DNA of 64,000 nucleotides. It comes from a virus. A program made the position numbers and the translations under genes. The stretch covers positions 32,001 through 96,000 of the IMG/VR virus record IMGVR_UViG_3300044729_002129, one strand, 5' to 3'. Positions 56,686 through 64,000 of this stretch are shown piece after piece (within the stretch, counting starts at the first letter, position 1; each line of letters starts with the position of its first letter). The notes under the pieces were generated by a model. The model saw only the letters and a list, made by a program, of their open reading frames with translations. It did no database searches and was not told the DNA's origin.

Positions 56686-57684
56686 ATGAATAATGATGTT
56701 TTAATTATTGGACAAATGTACGCTGAAACTGATGAAGAGGTTCTCATGTATGAAAAGTGCGTACAAAGTTTGAAAAAAATGGGATGTAAGATCATGATTG
56801 CTGATAGTTCGTCTTGTCCAACAAAGTTTGATTATATAAATCTCTGTGATTATTATTTATATGATAAAGAAAACAGATTGTTTGAAAAACATAAATTTGT
56901 CGATGGTCTTATTAATCATTATGTTTTATCTGATAATATCAAATTGAATTATCCATGTATTAATCATCCAACTCATGAGTTAAATATTTTATATACAATA
57001 ACCAAATCTTTTAATTTAGCAAAAACTCTTGGGTATAAATATGTACTTAGACTTGAGTGTGATGCTGTCTACACAGATGAACATATAGAGTTTTTAAAAA
57101 ATAAAATACAGGAATGTATATCTTTAAATAAAAACGCAGTTCTGTCCACAATTGATGATTGTGAATATGTGTCTACATACATTTTATTCTGTGATATAAA
57201 TTGGTTTTTTGCAAAAGTTGGAAATATAAGATCTGAATCTGATTGGTACAATTTTTTGCAAGATAAAAACCTATCTGATAATCCATTAGAAGTGGTTCTT
57301 GGTAAAGTTTTAAAAACTAATACTGAGGATTACATAGTCATCGGCAATCAATTAGACGTTCAATATTTAAAAGCTTTGAAATATAAAGAAACAAAAAAGT
57401 TTTTAGACTCAAAACTATATATTGATTTTTTTAAATCATCAACTGGACAAATATTCTTCGCCGTAAACAATTGTCACCACGAAATATTCCCAGATAAATT
57501 ATGTATCTACCAATATATGGAAACCCGTGCAATTGGTAATGAAATAAAAAACCCACTCAAAAGTACTGCGTGGGTTGTAGTTGAACAAGATATTATCTGC
57601 GTCGAAATTCAAATTGATAATCAAATCATAAAACTATCAAAAGAGGAAGTTTTCTCGACAAAAAATACCATTGAGTTTTATTAA
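56686..57684 (+). CDS. Putative GT-A-like glycan-associated protein (start corrected to MNNDVLI)
   Basis: ATACTTATA-GAT-ATG start context; CDYYLYDKEN, AKTLGYKYVLRLECD (ExD). Confidence 0.5.
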   Translation: MNNDVLIIGQMYAETDEEVLMYEKCVQSLKKMGCKIMIADSSSCPTKFDYINLCDYYLYDKENRLFEKHKFVDGLINHYVLSDNIKLNYPCINHPTHELNILYTITKSFNLAKTLGYKYVLRLECDAVYTDEHIEFLKNKIQECISLNKNAVLSTIDDCEYVSTYILFCDINWFFAKVGNIRSESDWYNFLQDKNLSDNPLEVVLGKVLKTNTEDYIVIGNQLDVQYLKALKYKETKKFLDSKLYIDFFKSSTGQIFFAVNNCHHEIFPDKLCIYQYMETRAIGNEIKNPLKSTAWVVVEQDIICVEIQIDNQIIKLSKEEVFSTKNTIEFY

Positions 57685-58004
57685 TGATGGTGGTGATGAT
57701 AATGATGTACTGGACGACCCCACGATCCATGTACAACTACCACCGGTTGTGGTTGTACATAAACAACAGGAGCAGGTTGATAATATACTACAGGAGCAGG
57801 TTGTACTACTACAGGCTGTGCATAAACTACTGGTTGTGGTTGTACATATACAACTTGTGTTGGAGGATTTACAATTCGATCAATAACGTGAATTACTGCA
57901 ACTCCGGTCAATACTTTGCCAACCGTAGCCCATTCTCTATCACCAGCAAATGTTTGGGAAGCTAGAGTTGCGCCCAATGCTGCGATAGTAATCAATTTTT
58001 TCAT
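57681..58004 (-). CDS. Secreted Pro/Val/Gln/Tyr-repeat protein with His-rich tail (start corrected to MKKLITI)
   Basis: Signal peptide MKKLITIAALGATLASQTFA, GDREWATVGKVLTG, (VVY.QP)n repeats, HHYHHHHH end; AAAGGA SD. Confidence 0.75.
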   Translation of the reverse strand: MKKLITIAALGATLASQTFAGDREWATVGKVLTGVAVIHVIDRIVNPPTQVVYVQPQPVVYAQPVVVQPAPVVYYQPAPVVYVQPQPVVVVHGSWGRPVHHYHHHHH

Positions 58005-58031
58005 ATGTATCCTTTTTTTAGATATACTTTT

Positions 58032-58060
58032 ATAGTATATCAAAAGTATAAAGATGTCAA
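58032..58060 (-). promoter_or_regulatory. sigma70-like promoter
   Basis: TTGACA-N17-TACTAT, overlapped by inverted repeats gatatact/agtatatc and tatactttt/aaaagtata. Confidence 0.7.
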
Positions 58061-58696
58061 TTATTTCTTTTTGGCTTTACCACCTTTGGTATATTTAATA
58101 ACTAACTTCTGTAAATTCTTTGGTAGAGTTGGTGGTGTATAACTTGGCTTTGGACTCTTGTGTTGAACTTGAGTTTCAAACTTGCCAACCGCACGCATTG
58201 GTTGATCTGGATTATCTTTCTCATCGTTCATGTTCTTGGCCTTAATACTCTTGACAACCTTATTGTTCTTTTCTGGATCAACTAGATTTTGTTCGTCAGC
58301 TGCTTTATCGGCCTTCTTACCACCTTGTTTATCTTTACTATTATCTACATTACGTTCGTAAGCGGCATCTACGTAGTTTAAATCTTTAGAGTTTAGTTTT
58401 TCTTTAACAAACTTCTTGAGTTCTTCGTAACGAAGATACAACTTTTTGGTTCTGTCTGAGGCATCTTTGAAGTATTGAACGTCAAAAATATCTTGGGTAA
58501 TTGGTCTTAGGCTGAAATGATGTGGTTCACACTCACAAATGTTATAATTGCCAGCGTCATCACATACAATAGGCTTTTTGATGTCTTTTGATAGATTCTC
58601 CATCATTTCAGCCCAAGATTTTTGTACTTCCGTTAACTTTTCTTCGATGGTTTCACGGATTATTTTCTTTAAAGATTGTTTTAATTTATCGTTCAT
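58061..58696 (-). CDS. Hypothetical protein, possibly internal head protein
   Basis: N-terminal LKQSLKKIIRETIEEKLTE resembles the module in the 406-aa protein; upstream ATATTTATA at 58720-58712. Confidence 0.6.
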   Translation of the reverse strand: MNDKLKQSLKKIIRETIEEKLTEVQKSWAEMMENLSKDIKKPIVCDDAGNYNICECEPHHFSLRPITQDIFDVQYFKDASDRTKKLYLRYEELKKFVKEKLNSKDLNYVDAAYERNVDNSKDKQGGKKADKAADEQNLVDPEKNNKVVKSIKAKNMNDEKDNPDQPMRAVGKFETQVQHKSPKPSYTPPTLPKNLQKLVIKYTKGGKAKKK

Positions 58697-58749
58697 ATAG
58701 CGTGCCTATCTTATAAATATAGGATCAGTTAAATAAACGAATAAATTAA

Positions 58750-59808
58750 TTACAACTTAAAGTCATCGAATGCACCTTCTGTAATGGTATTATCAATACC
58801 TTTTACATAACTACTCAATTCAGTTTCTTGAGGAGCTACTTGTAGTTTCTTACTATCGTAGTAACTATCCAACCATCCAGCTAATGGATTAGTTTTGGTA
58901 TTAGGATACAATTTCTTATATCCAATACTTGATAGTCTGTTATTAGCCAACCACTCAATGTATTGTTTTAAACTTTCAGCGGTCAATCCAATCAAACTTC
59001 CTTTGCTAAATAGATAATCGGCCCAATCCTTTTCAGCATTAACTGCCATTTCATAAGCAGCATAAACCTTATCTTCGTTCTTTTTGACAATATCTTGGAA
59101 TCCTTCATCTGGATTGTTAATCCAATTCTTCATGATGTTCTGAGTAATAGCTACGTGAAGATTTTCATCTCTACTGATAAACTTAATAATCTTACTATTA
59201 CCCTCCATCTTTCCACGATATCCAAAATAGAAACTACAAGCAAATGATACGTAGAAGATCAACCCTTCAGTAATTTGAGTTGCCAATACCGCATCAAACA
59301 ATTGTTGTTTAACATCATCTGATGGTGTTAGTAGTTCATCATACTTCTTACTGATTGCGGTAGCTCTCTTAACAATTTCTTGGTCTTCCAAGACACTATC
59401 AAAGAATTTAGTAGCATCTGGATAAACATTGTTAAGAATGTATGTGTAACTATTACTATGAATAGTTTCAAAGAAACTCCATGCATTCATGCAAATTTCC
59501 AATTCACTATTTGTTACGTGTTTCATAAGTTCATGAATACTACGACTCAACATACTATCAGTCATAGTTTGAAACTTAAGGTTACTATCAAATACGAATC
59601 GTTCTTCTGGTGAAAGATTCTTGTAATCACTGATGTCTTTGACAAGAGAAACTTCCTGTGGTCTCCAGAAGAAATTCAATTGTTGATCATACAAATCGTA
59701 GAATTTAGGATACTTGATCAAGTCATATCGTTGTAATGATAGATCTTCTCCAAAGAACATTGGATTTCTTAACTGGTCTATATTTTTCTTATTTAACACC
59801 GTTTTCAT
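58750..59808 (-). CDS. nrdB: Ribonucleotide reductase class Ia beta subunit
   Basis: FFWRPQEV, FQTMTDS, FETIHSNSY, EGLIFYVSF, ISRDENLH, QVAPQETE.SSY. Confidence 0.97.
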   Translation of the reverse strand: MKTVLNKKNIDQLRNPMFFGEDLSLQRYDLIKYPKFYDLYDQQLNFFWRPQEVSLVKDISDYKNLSPEERFVFDSNLKFQTMTDSMLSRSIHELMKHVTNSELEICMNAWSFFETIHSNSYTYILNNVYPDATKFFDSVLEDQEIVKRATAISKKYDELLTPSDDVKQQLFDAVLATQITEGLIFYVSFACSFYFGYRGKMEGNSKIIKFISRDENLHVAITQNIMKNWINNPDEGFQDIVKKNEDKVYAAYEMAVNAEKDWADYLFSKGSLIGLTAESLKQYIEWLANNRLSSIGYKKLYPNTKTNPLAGWLDSYYDSKKLQVAPQETELSSYVKGIDNTITEGAFDDFKL

Positions 59809-59820
59809 TTTATCCTCCTA

Positions 59821-62109
59821 TTATAGAGCACAAGCTCCGCTTTCACAACCGGATTCTTGTACTACTGGTTGTTTTATTTCCGTCTTTTTTTCATCCATGG
59901 CGGTTTGTTTGTCGCCATCATCAGTATTAGCATAATACAAATTCTTCAATCCATACTTGTAGGCCAATAACATATCCTTAATTACTTCTTGAACAGGAAC
60001 TTTATTCTTCTCATAACGGGATGGGATATAGTAAGTATTTGTACTAATACTCATATCTGTAAATTTTTGAATAGCTGCTGCTACCTTTAAATAACCCTCA
60101 TTGTTTGGCATATCAAAAGCAAATGTATAATTTTCCTTGTACTTATCAATATTTGGAATTACTACTGGCAAAATATTGCTCTTGCTACCCTTGAAGCTAA
60201 TAGCACTACGCGGTGGTTCAATACCATTGGTGCTGCTTTGAATTACTGAACTTGATTCTACAGGCATACATGCGGTAAGTGTACTATGACGCATTCCGTG
60301 TTTTTTAACTTCTGCACGTAAAGCCTCCCAATCACAATGTAAAGGTTCAGTGATAAATTCATCAACGTCTCTCTTATAAGTATCAATTGGCAATACTCCT
60401 TGACTGAACTTAGTACGATCAAACTTTTCACACTTACCAAACTCTTTAGCCATTTCAACGCTAGCCTTGATTAAATAATAACTGGTCTTTTCCATCCACT
60501 TGGCAACAAAGTTAGGAGCATCCTTATCCCAATACTTCAATCCTTCTTTAGCCAATAGAGCAGCCAAATTACTTACACCTACACCAAGACTACGACGTTT
60601 CTTAGCAAAGTTTTCTGCGGCTGGTACGAAATAATCTTGATGTTCAATCAAAGCATCCAACATTCTAACAATAATGTCACAGACACTTTCCATTTCTTCA
60701 TCATCTTTGATCTCCAACCAATTCAATGCTGCCAAGATACAAACGCCGATTTCACCATTCTTATCATTAACATCGGTGATTGGAATCAATGGATGATTAA
60801 CTTCAAGACATAGATTGCTTGTATCTACTTGATCAAGCCAACTACCATGTTCATTTGCGTGGTCTACGAACATTGTATAAATACGTCCAGTTTCAAGACG
60901 TTCTTTGGCAAGTAGTCCCATCAATTCACGAGCAGGTACCTTCTTCTTGAACTTAATATTCTTGTTTTCTTCAGCCTTTTCATACTTTTCTTTGAATCCT
61001 TCTAGTCCAAAGGTATTCCATAGTGAAGGACATTCATGATAACTGAATAGTGTCACATCCTGATTCTTTAAGAAACGTTCAAATATTAGTTTATCCAAAC
61101 CAATACAATAATCTAGCTTACGTACACGATTATCATCAGTTCCTTGATTATTCTTTAGTACAAGAATATCTAGAATATCATAGTGGAACCAAGCAAAGTT
61201 GACGGTGGCACTACCACCACGAATACCATTTTGGTGACAACTCTTTACGGTAGATTCAAATGCTTTAGCAAACGGAATTGGTCCGGTGTGCATTACTTCA
61301 CCATTTCTGATAGGAGCATTTGTAGCACGTAGTCTTGATAGATTCAATCCAATACCATAACGACTTGCGGTGGCAAAACCAACTGCACTATTGTTACTGA
61401 AAATACTACGTAGATCATCATCGACCGTGAATAGTGAACATGAAGCATAACTCTTCATTACCGTTCTTACTCCAGCCATAATTGGAGTAGGCAGATTAAT
61501 CTTGTGTTTACTAAAATAGTTGTACGCTTTCTTGACATAATCCAATCGACCTTCTTTATAGTCTTTGAAAAAAGTCATTGCGATCAACATATATGCAAAC
61601 TGAGGAGTTTCGTAAATCTTCTTGGTAGCACGATTTTGTACTAAATATTTATCGCACAATTGTTTGATACCAGCATACGTAAAGTTAAAATCACGATCAT
61701 GCTTTAGATATTCATCTAGTTTATCAAACTCTTGTTTACTATACCAGTTCAGAATTTCTTCATCATAAACCAATGAGTCAATATTAGCTTTTACTAGATC
61801 ATATAGTTTTGGTGGATTTTTACCTCCCCAAACTTCTTTACGAAGTTGATAATTCATCAATCGTGAAGCAACATATTGATAATTTGGTTTTTCTTCACTA
61901 ATCAAATTAGCAGACGCTTCAATCAACATCTTGTGAATATCTTTTGAATTCATGCCATCAAAGAATGACAAATGTGCATTCATTGCGACTTCTTCAAAAC
62001 CAACACCTTTGATTTCATCTGTGGCCCATTGTAAAACCTTATTGATTTTATCTGCGTTAAACTTTTCTGTCTTGCCACTGCGCTTCTTAATAAAAATTTC
62101 TTTGTTCAT
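59821..62109 (-). CDS. nrdA: Ribonucleotide reductase class Ia alpha subunit (start corrected to MNKEIFIKKR)
   Basis: ATP cone IKKRSG, LPTPIMAG, ASC, GIRGG, SNLCLE, VCIL, MPVESSS, TNGIEP, KNLYY, C-terminal CESGAC. Confidence 0.97.
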   Translation of the reverse strand: MNKEIFIKKRSGKTEKFNADKINKVLQWATDEIKGVGFEEVAMNAHLSFFDGMNSKDIHKMLIEASANLISEEKPNYQYVASRLMNYQLRKEVWGGKNPPKLYDLVKANIDSLVYDEEILNWYSKQEFDKLDEYLKHDRDFNFTYAGIKQLCDKYLVQNRATKKIYETPQFAYMLIAMTFFKDYKEGRLDYVKKAYNYFSKHKINLPTPIMAGVRTVMKSYASCSLFTVDDDLRSIFSNNSAVGFATASRYGIGLNLSRLRATNAPIRNGEVMHTGPIPFAKAFESTVKSCHQNGIRGGSATVNFAWFHYDILDILVLKNNQGTDDNRVRKLDYCIGLDKLIFERFLKNQDVTLFSYHECPSLWNTFGLEGFKEKYEKAEENKNIKFKKKVPARELMGLLAKERLETGRIYTMFVDHANEHGSWLDQVDTSNLCLEVNHPLIPITDVNDKNGEIGVCILAALNWLEIKDDEEMESVCDIIVRMLDALIEHQDYFVPAAENFAKKRRSLGVGVSNLAALLAKEGLKYWDKDAPNFVAKWMEKTSYYLIKASVEMAKEFGKCEKFDRTKFSQGVLPIDTYKRDVDEFITEPLHCDWEALRAEVKKHGMRHSTLTACMPVESSSVIQSSTNGIEPPRSAISFKGSKSNILPVVIPNIDKYKENYTFAFDMPNNEGYLKVAAAIQKFTDMSISTNTYYIPSRYEKNKVPVQEVIKDMLLAYKYGLKNLYYANTDDGDKQTAMDEKKTEIKQPVVQESGCESGACAL

Positions 62110-62217
62110 AAAATATATTGGTAAAAGATAACTATTCTTCAATAGTCTCTTTGATCCATGTTGTGACTAACTTTTTTAAGTTTTTTTTGATACTTTTTTT
62201 ATAATCACAACTATGAA

Positions 62218-63606
62218 TTATTCGTCTCCATCTTCAGAACTGCTATGAGCGTTCCACTTATTCTTCAATGCCTTCTTGACTTGGTTTTCACCATTCATCA
62301 TTTCATTTTGAAGTGCTAATCCTTCTCTTGAAGATTCGCTGAATATTTCAATCTGACCACATCCAGCGTTCATCTTACTTGGGAATGTCAAACCATCTGG
62401 TCCAAATCGATTCTTAATAATATGGAATCGAGCAGTATTGCTAACTTTATCATTAACCTTACGGCTTAGTGACATAACGAAGTCAGCAGTCATGATCTTA
62501 CGATAACTATCTGAAATGTTGTTAGCCTGAATGATATCTTCTTCCATAGCAGCACGATTACTTTGAGAAGCACTCCAAATAGGAACTTGTAGTTCTCCAG
62601 CTACAGCACGAAGTTCTTCATAAATACCACCAGCTTCTTGATAACTATTGCTGTTACGATCACTATTGATTGGACGTAGAATATCTGCGTAGTCAACAAT
62701 AATCATATCTACCTTAGTACCCAACATAGCCAATCGTTCACAATGAGCCTTCAAGCTGTGAGCTGATACAGTCTTGATTGGAAAATACTTAATAATTAGT
62801 TTACCAGGCACTTGCGCAATTTTCTCACGTACTACTGAGATGTTGTTACGAATATTTTGGAAATCAATTCCGGTAAAACAAGCGTCATAACGTAGACCCA
62901 CATAGTTTTCATTCAACTCAAGAGTGAAATGAATTACATTTTTACCTTGTTTCATTGCTTCGGCACCTAGTTTACATAGTACCCAACTCTTACCACTACC
63001 AGCACAAGCTGTAATAATTCCAAGTTCACCAGGTCCAAGACCGCCATCCATCAAACCATCAATAACTTCCCACTTGGTATTGATAGAGCTACGAGCCATT
63101 ACCGTCATTCGTTTTTCAACATCTTCACCATAATCATGACCAATATTTCGTTCCATGCCAGCCTTAAGCGCTTCATCAAACTTGGTTTTGATTTTTTCAT
63201 ATTGACCAATCTTCAAATAGTCAACGCTTTCCATGATAGCGTTCTTTAACTTCTGATTGATACAGAATTCTAGGAACTCTTCTTTGATAAACTTTAAATC
63301 GCCATCATTCATCTTTTGATAGATCAATTTAAGATTATCTACAATGCTCTTTTTGAGCACTTCATTGGTTACCACTTCCAATTTGACCTTAAACACATTA
63401 AGTGTTGGTAGATCACGATATTCATTAAAGTACTTAATACTTTCCTTGACAATCCATTGATGAGCATCACTTTCAAAGAAGTCTGCTTCTACAATGTCAC
63501 TAATACGTTCAATGAAGGGTCTATCGGATACAAGACCTGAGATACACTTAACTTGAAACTCACTTCCAAACTTCTTCAAGTTGTCAATAATATGCTTTTC
63601 GCTCAT
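62218..63606 (-). CDS. gp41: Replicative DNA helicase (DnaB/T4 gp41-like)
   Basis: GGLGPGELG...GSGKS, HFTLEL, IIVDYAD, WSASQSNR, KNRFGPDG. Confidence 0.95.
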   Translation of the reverse strand: MSEKHIIDNLKKFGSEFQVKCISGLVSDRPFIERISDIVEADFFESDAHQWIVKESIKYFNEYRDLPTLNVFKVKLEVVTNEVLKKSIVDNLKLIYQKMNDGDLKFIKEEFLEFCINQKLKNAIMESVDYLKIGQYEKIKTKFDEALKAGMERNIGHDYGEDVEKRMTVMARSSINTKWEVIDGLMDGGLGPGELGIITACAGSGKSWVLCKLGAEAMKQGKNVIHFTLELNENYVGLRYDACFTGIDFQNIRNNISVVREKIAQVPGKLIIKYFPIKTVSAHSLKAHCERLAMLGTKVDMIIVDYADILRPINSDRNSNSYQEAGGIYEELRAVAGELQVPIWSASQSNRAAMEEDIIQANNISDSYRKIMTADFVMSLSRKVNDKVSNTARFHIIKNRFGPDGLTFPSKMNAGCGQIEIFSESSREGLALQNEMMNGENQVKKALKNKWNAHSSSEDGDE

Positions 63607-63644
63607 GATATATTCTTTCTATGTTTTGTTAATACGACACCATT

Positions 63645-63672
63645 AGTCTACACCGAAGTGTGTAGAATCCAA
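63645..63672 (-). promoter_or_regulatory. Weak sigma70-like promoter with hairpin in spacer
   Basis: TTGGAT-N16-TAGACT; tctacac/gtgtaga inverted repeat at 63647-63666. Confidence 0.45.
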
Positions 63673-63694
63673 CTTATTTTATAAACTATCGATC

Positions 63695-64000
63695 TTACAA
63701 TACGAAACTATTGAGTTTGCCCCAAGTTTCATTCAACCATACCATATAGTTTGGTAGGTTATTCCACATTTTATCCTCAGTGATAAGTCTGCTGAATGTC
63801 ATCTTATCAATCTTAGGAACTTGTTTTTTAATTATCTCCTCAATTCTTAGCTGCGTAAATGATTGAATGCTTGTAGCTTTTAATTGCATCAATTCATAAT
63901 TACGTTCAATTAAGAGTTTGTTATCTAGTACACGTTCATAGATTTTATACTTACTCTTGTAATTTTCAGAGTAATTATAGATCTCTTGCAATGTTACTTG
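63695..64000 (-). CDS. C-terminal part of 5'-3' exonuclease (T4 RNase H/FEN-like), partial
   Basis: Open frame from the window edge; IERNYELMQL resembles the end of the 5'-3' exonuclease domain; lies upstream of the helicase. Confidence 0.6.
   Translation of the reverse strand, partial: QVTLQEIYNYSENYKSKYKIYERVLDNKLLIERNYELMQLKATSIQSFTQLRIEEIIKKQVPKIDKMTFSRLITEDKMWNNLPNYMVWLNETWGKLNSFVL

Noticed and set aside
1790-60458. Many short ORF-track entries overlapping larger genes (e.g. 2113-2295, 4662-5129, 21645-22094, 54494-54853, 56171-56518, 57671-57965)
   Set aside because: Antisense or alternate-frame shadows of well-supported genes, with no motifs or start context.
62108-62123. NrdR box upstream of nrdA (ataaaatatattggta)
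   Set aside because: Only a partial match lacking a conserved C, no clear second box, and easily produced by chance in AT-rich DNA.
1-64000. Eukaryotic giant virus (NCLDV) origin
   Set aside because: DnaB/gp41 helicase, sigma70-like promoters, overlapping operonic coupling and a peptidoglycan lysozyme indicate a bacteriophage.
1-64000. tRNA, rRNA, IS elements or integrase
   Set aside because: Intergenic spaces are nearly all too short, and no cloverleaf or transposase motifs were seen.

Overview
AT-rich, very gene-dense 64 kb segment of what is almost certainly a large (jumbo/huge) tailed dsDNA phage with a T4-like replisome. It encodes a family B DNA polymerase, sliding clamp, two clamp-loader subunits, DnaB/gp41 helicase, a 5'-3' exonuclease (partial), class Ia NrdA/NrdB, dUTPase, dNMP kinase, UvsE, a Cas4-like nuclease and a MoxR/VWA pair. 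Probable internal head proteins lie at the left end, one with a lysozyme domain. About 37 kb is taken up by two glycan islands (3.7-20.5 kb and 28.1-47.2 kb). With a few outlying genes they encode roughly 27 glycosyltransferase-like ORFs, 8 SAM methyltransferases, UDP-galactopyranose mutase, a short UDP-sugar dehydrogenase, an AsnB-type amidotransferase, an LbH acetyltransferase and a B12 radical SAM enzyme. No flippase, polymerase or lipid-carrier transferase is present, which suggests a cytoplasmic virion- or DNA-glycosylation pathway. Two promoter classes are visible: sigma70-like TTGAC(A/G)-N16/17-TAnnnT, and a short quasi-palindromic TAnnTAT(A/T) element that serves head-to-head gene pairs whose start codons are only 10-38 bp apart. 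A perfect 20-bp palindrome precedes a ribbon-helix-helix gene at the head of the second island. The standard genetic code fits, and I saw no tRNA, rRNA or CRISPR array. All family assignments come from motif recognition by eye, not database searches.
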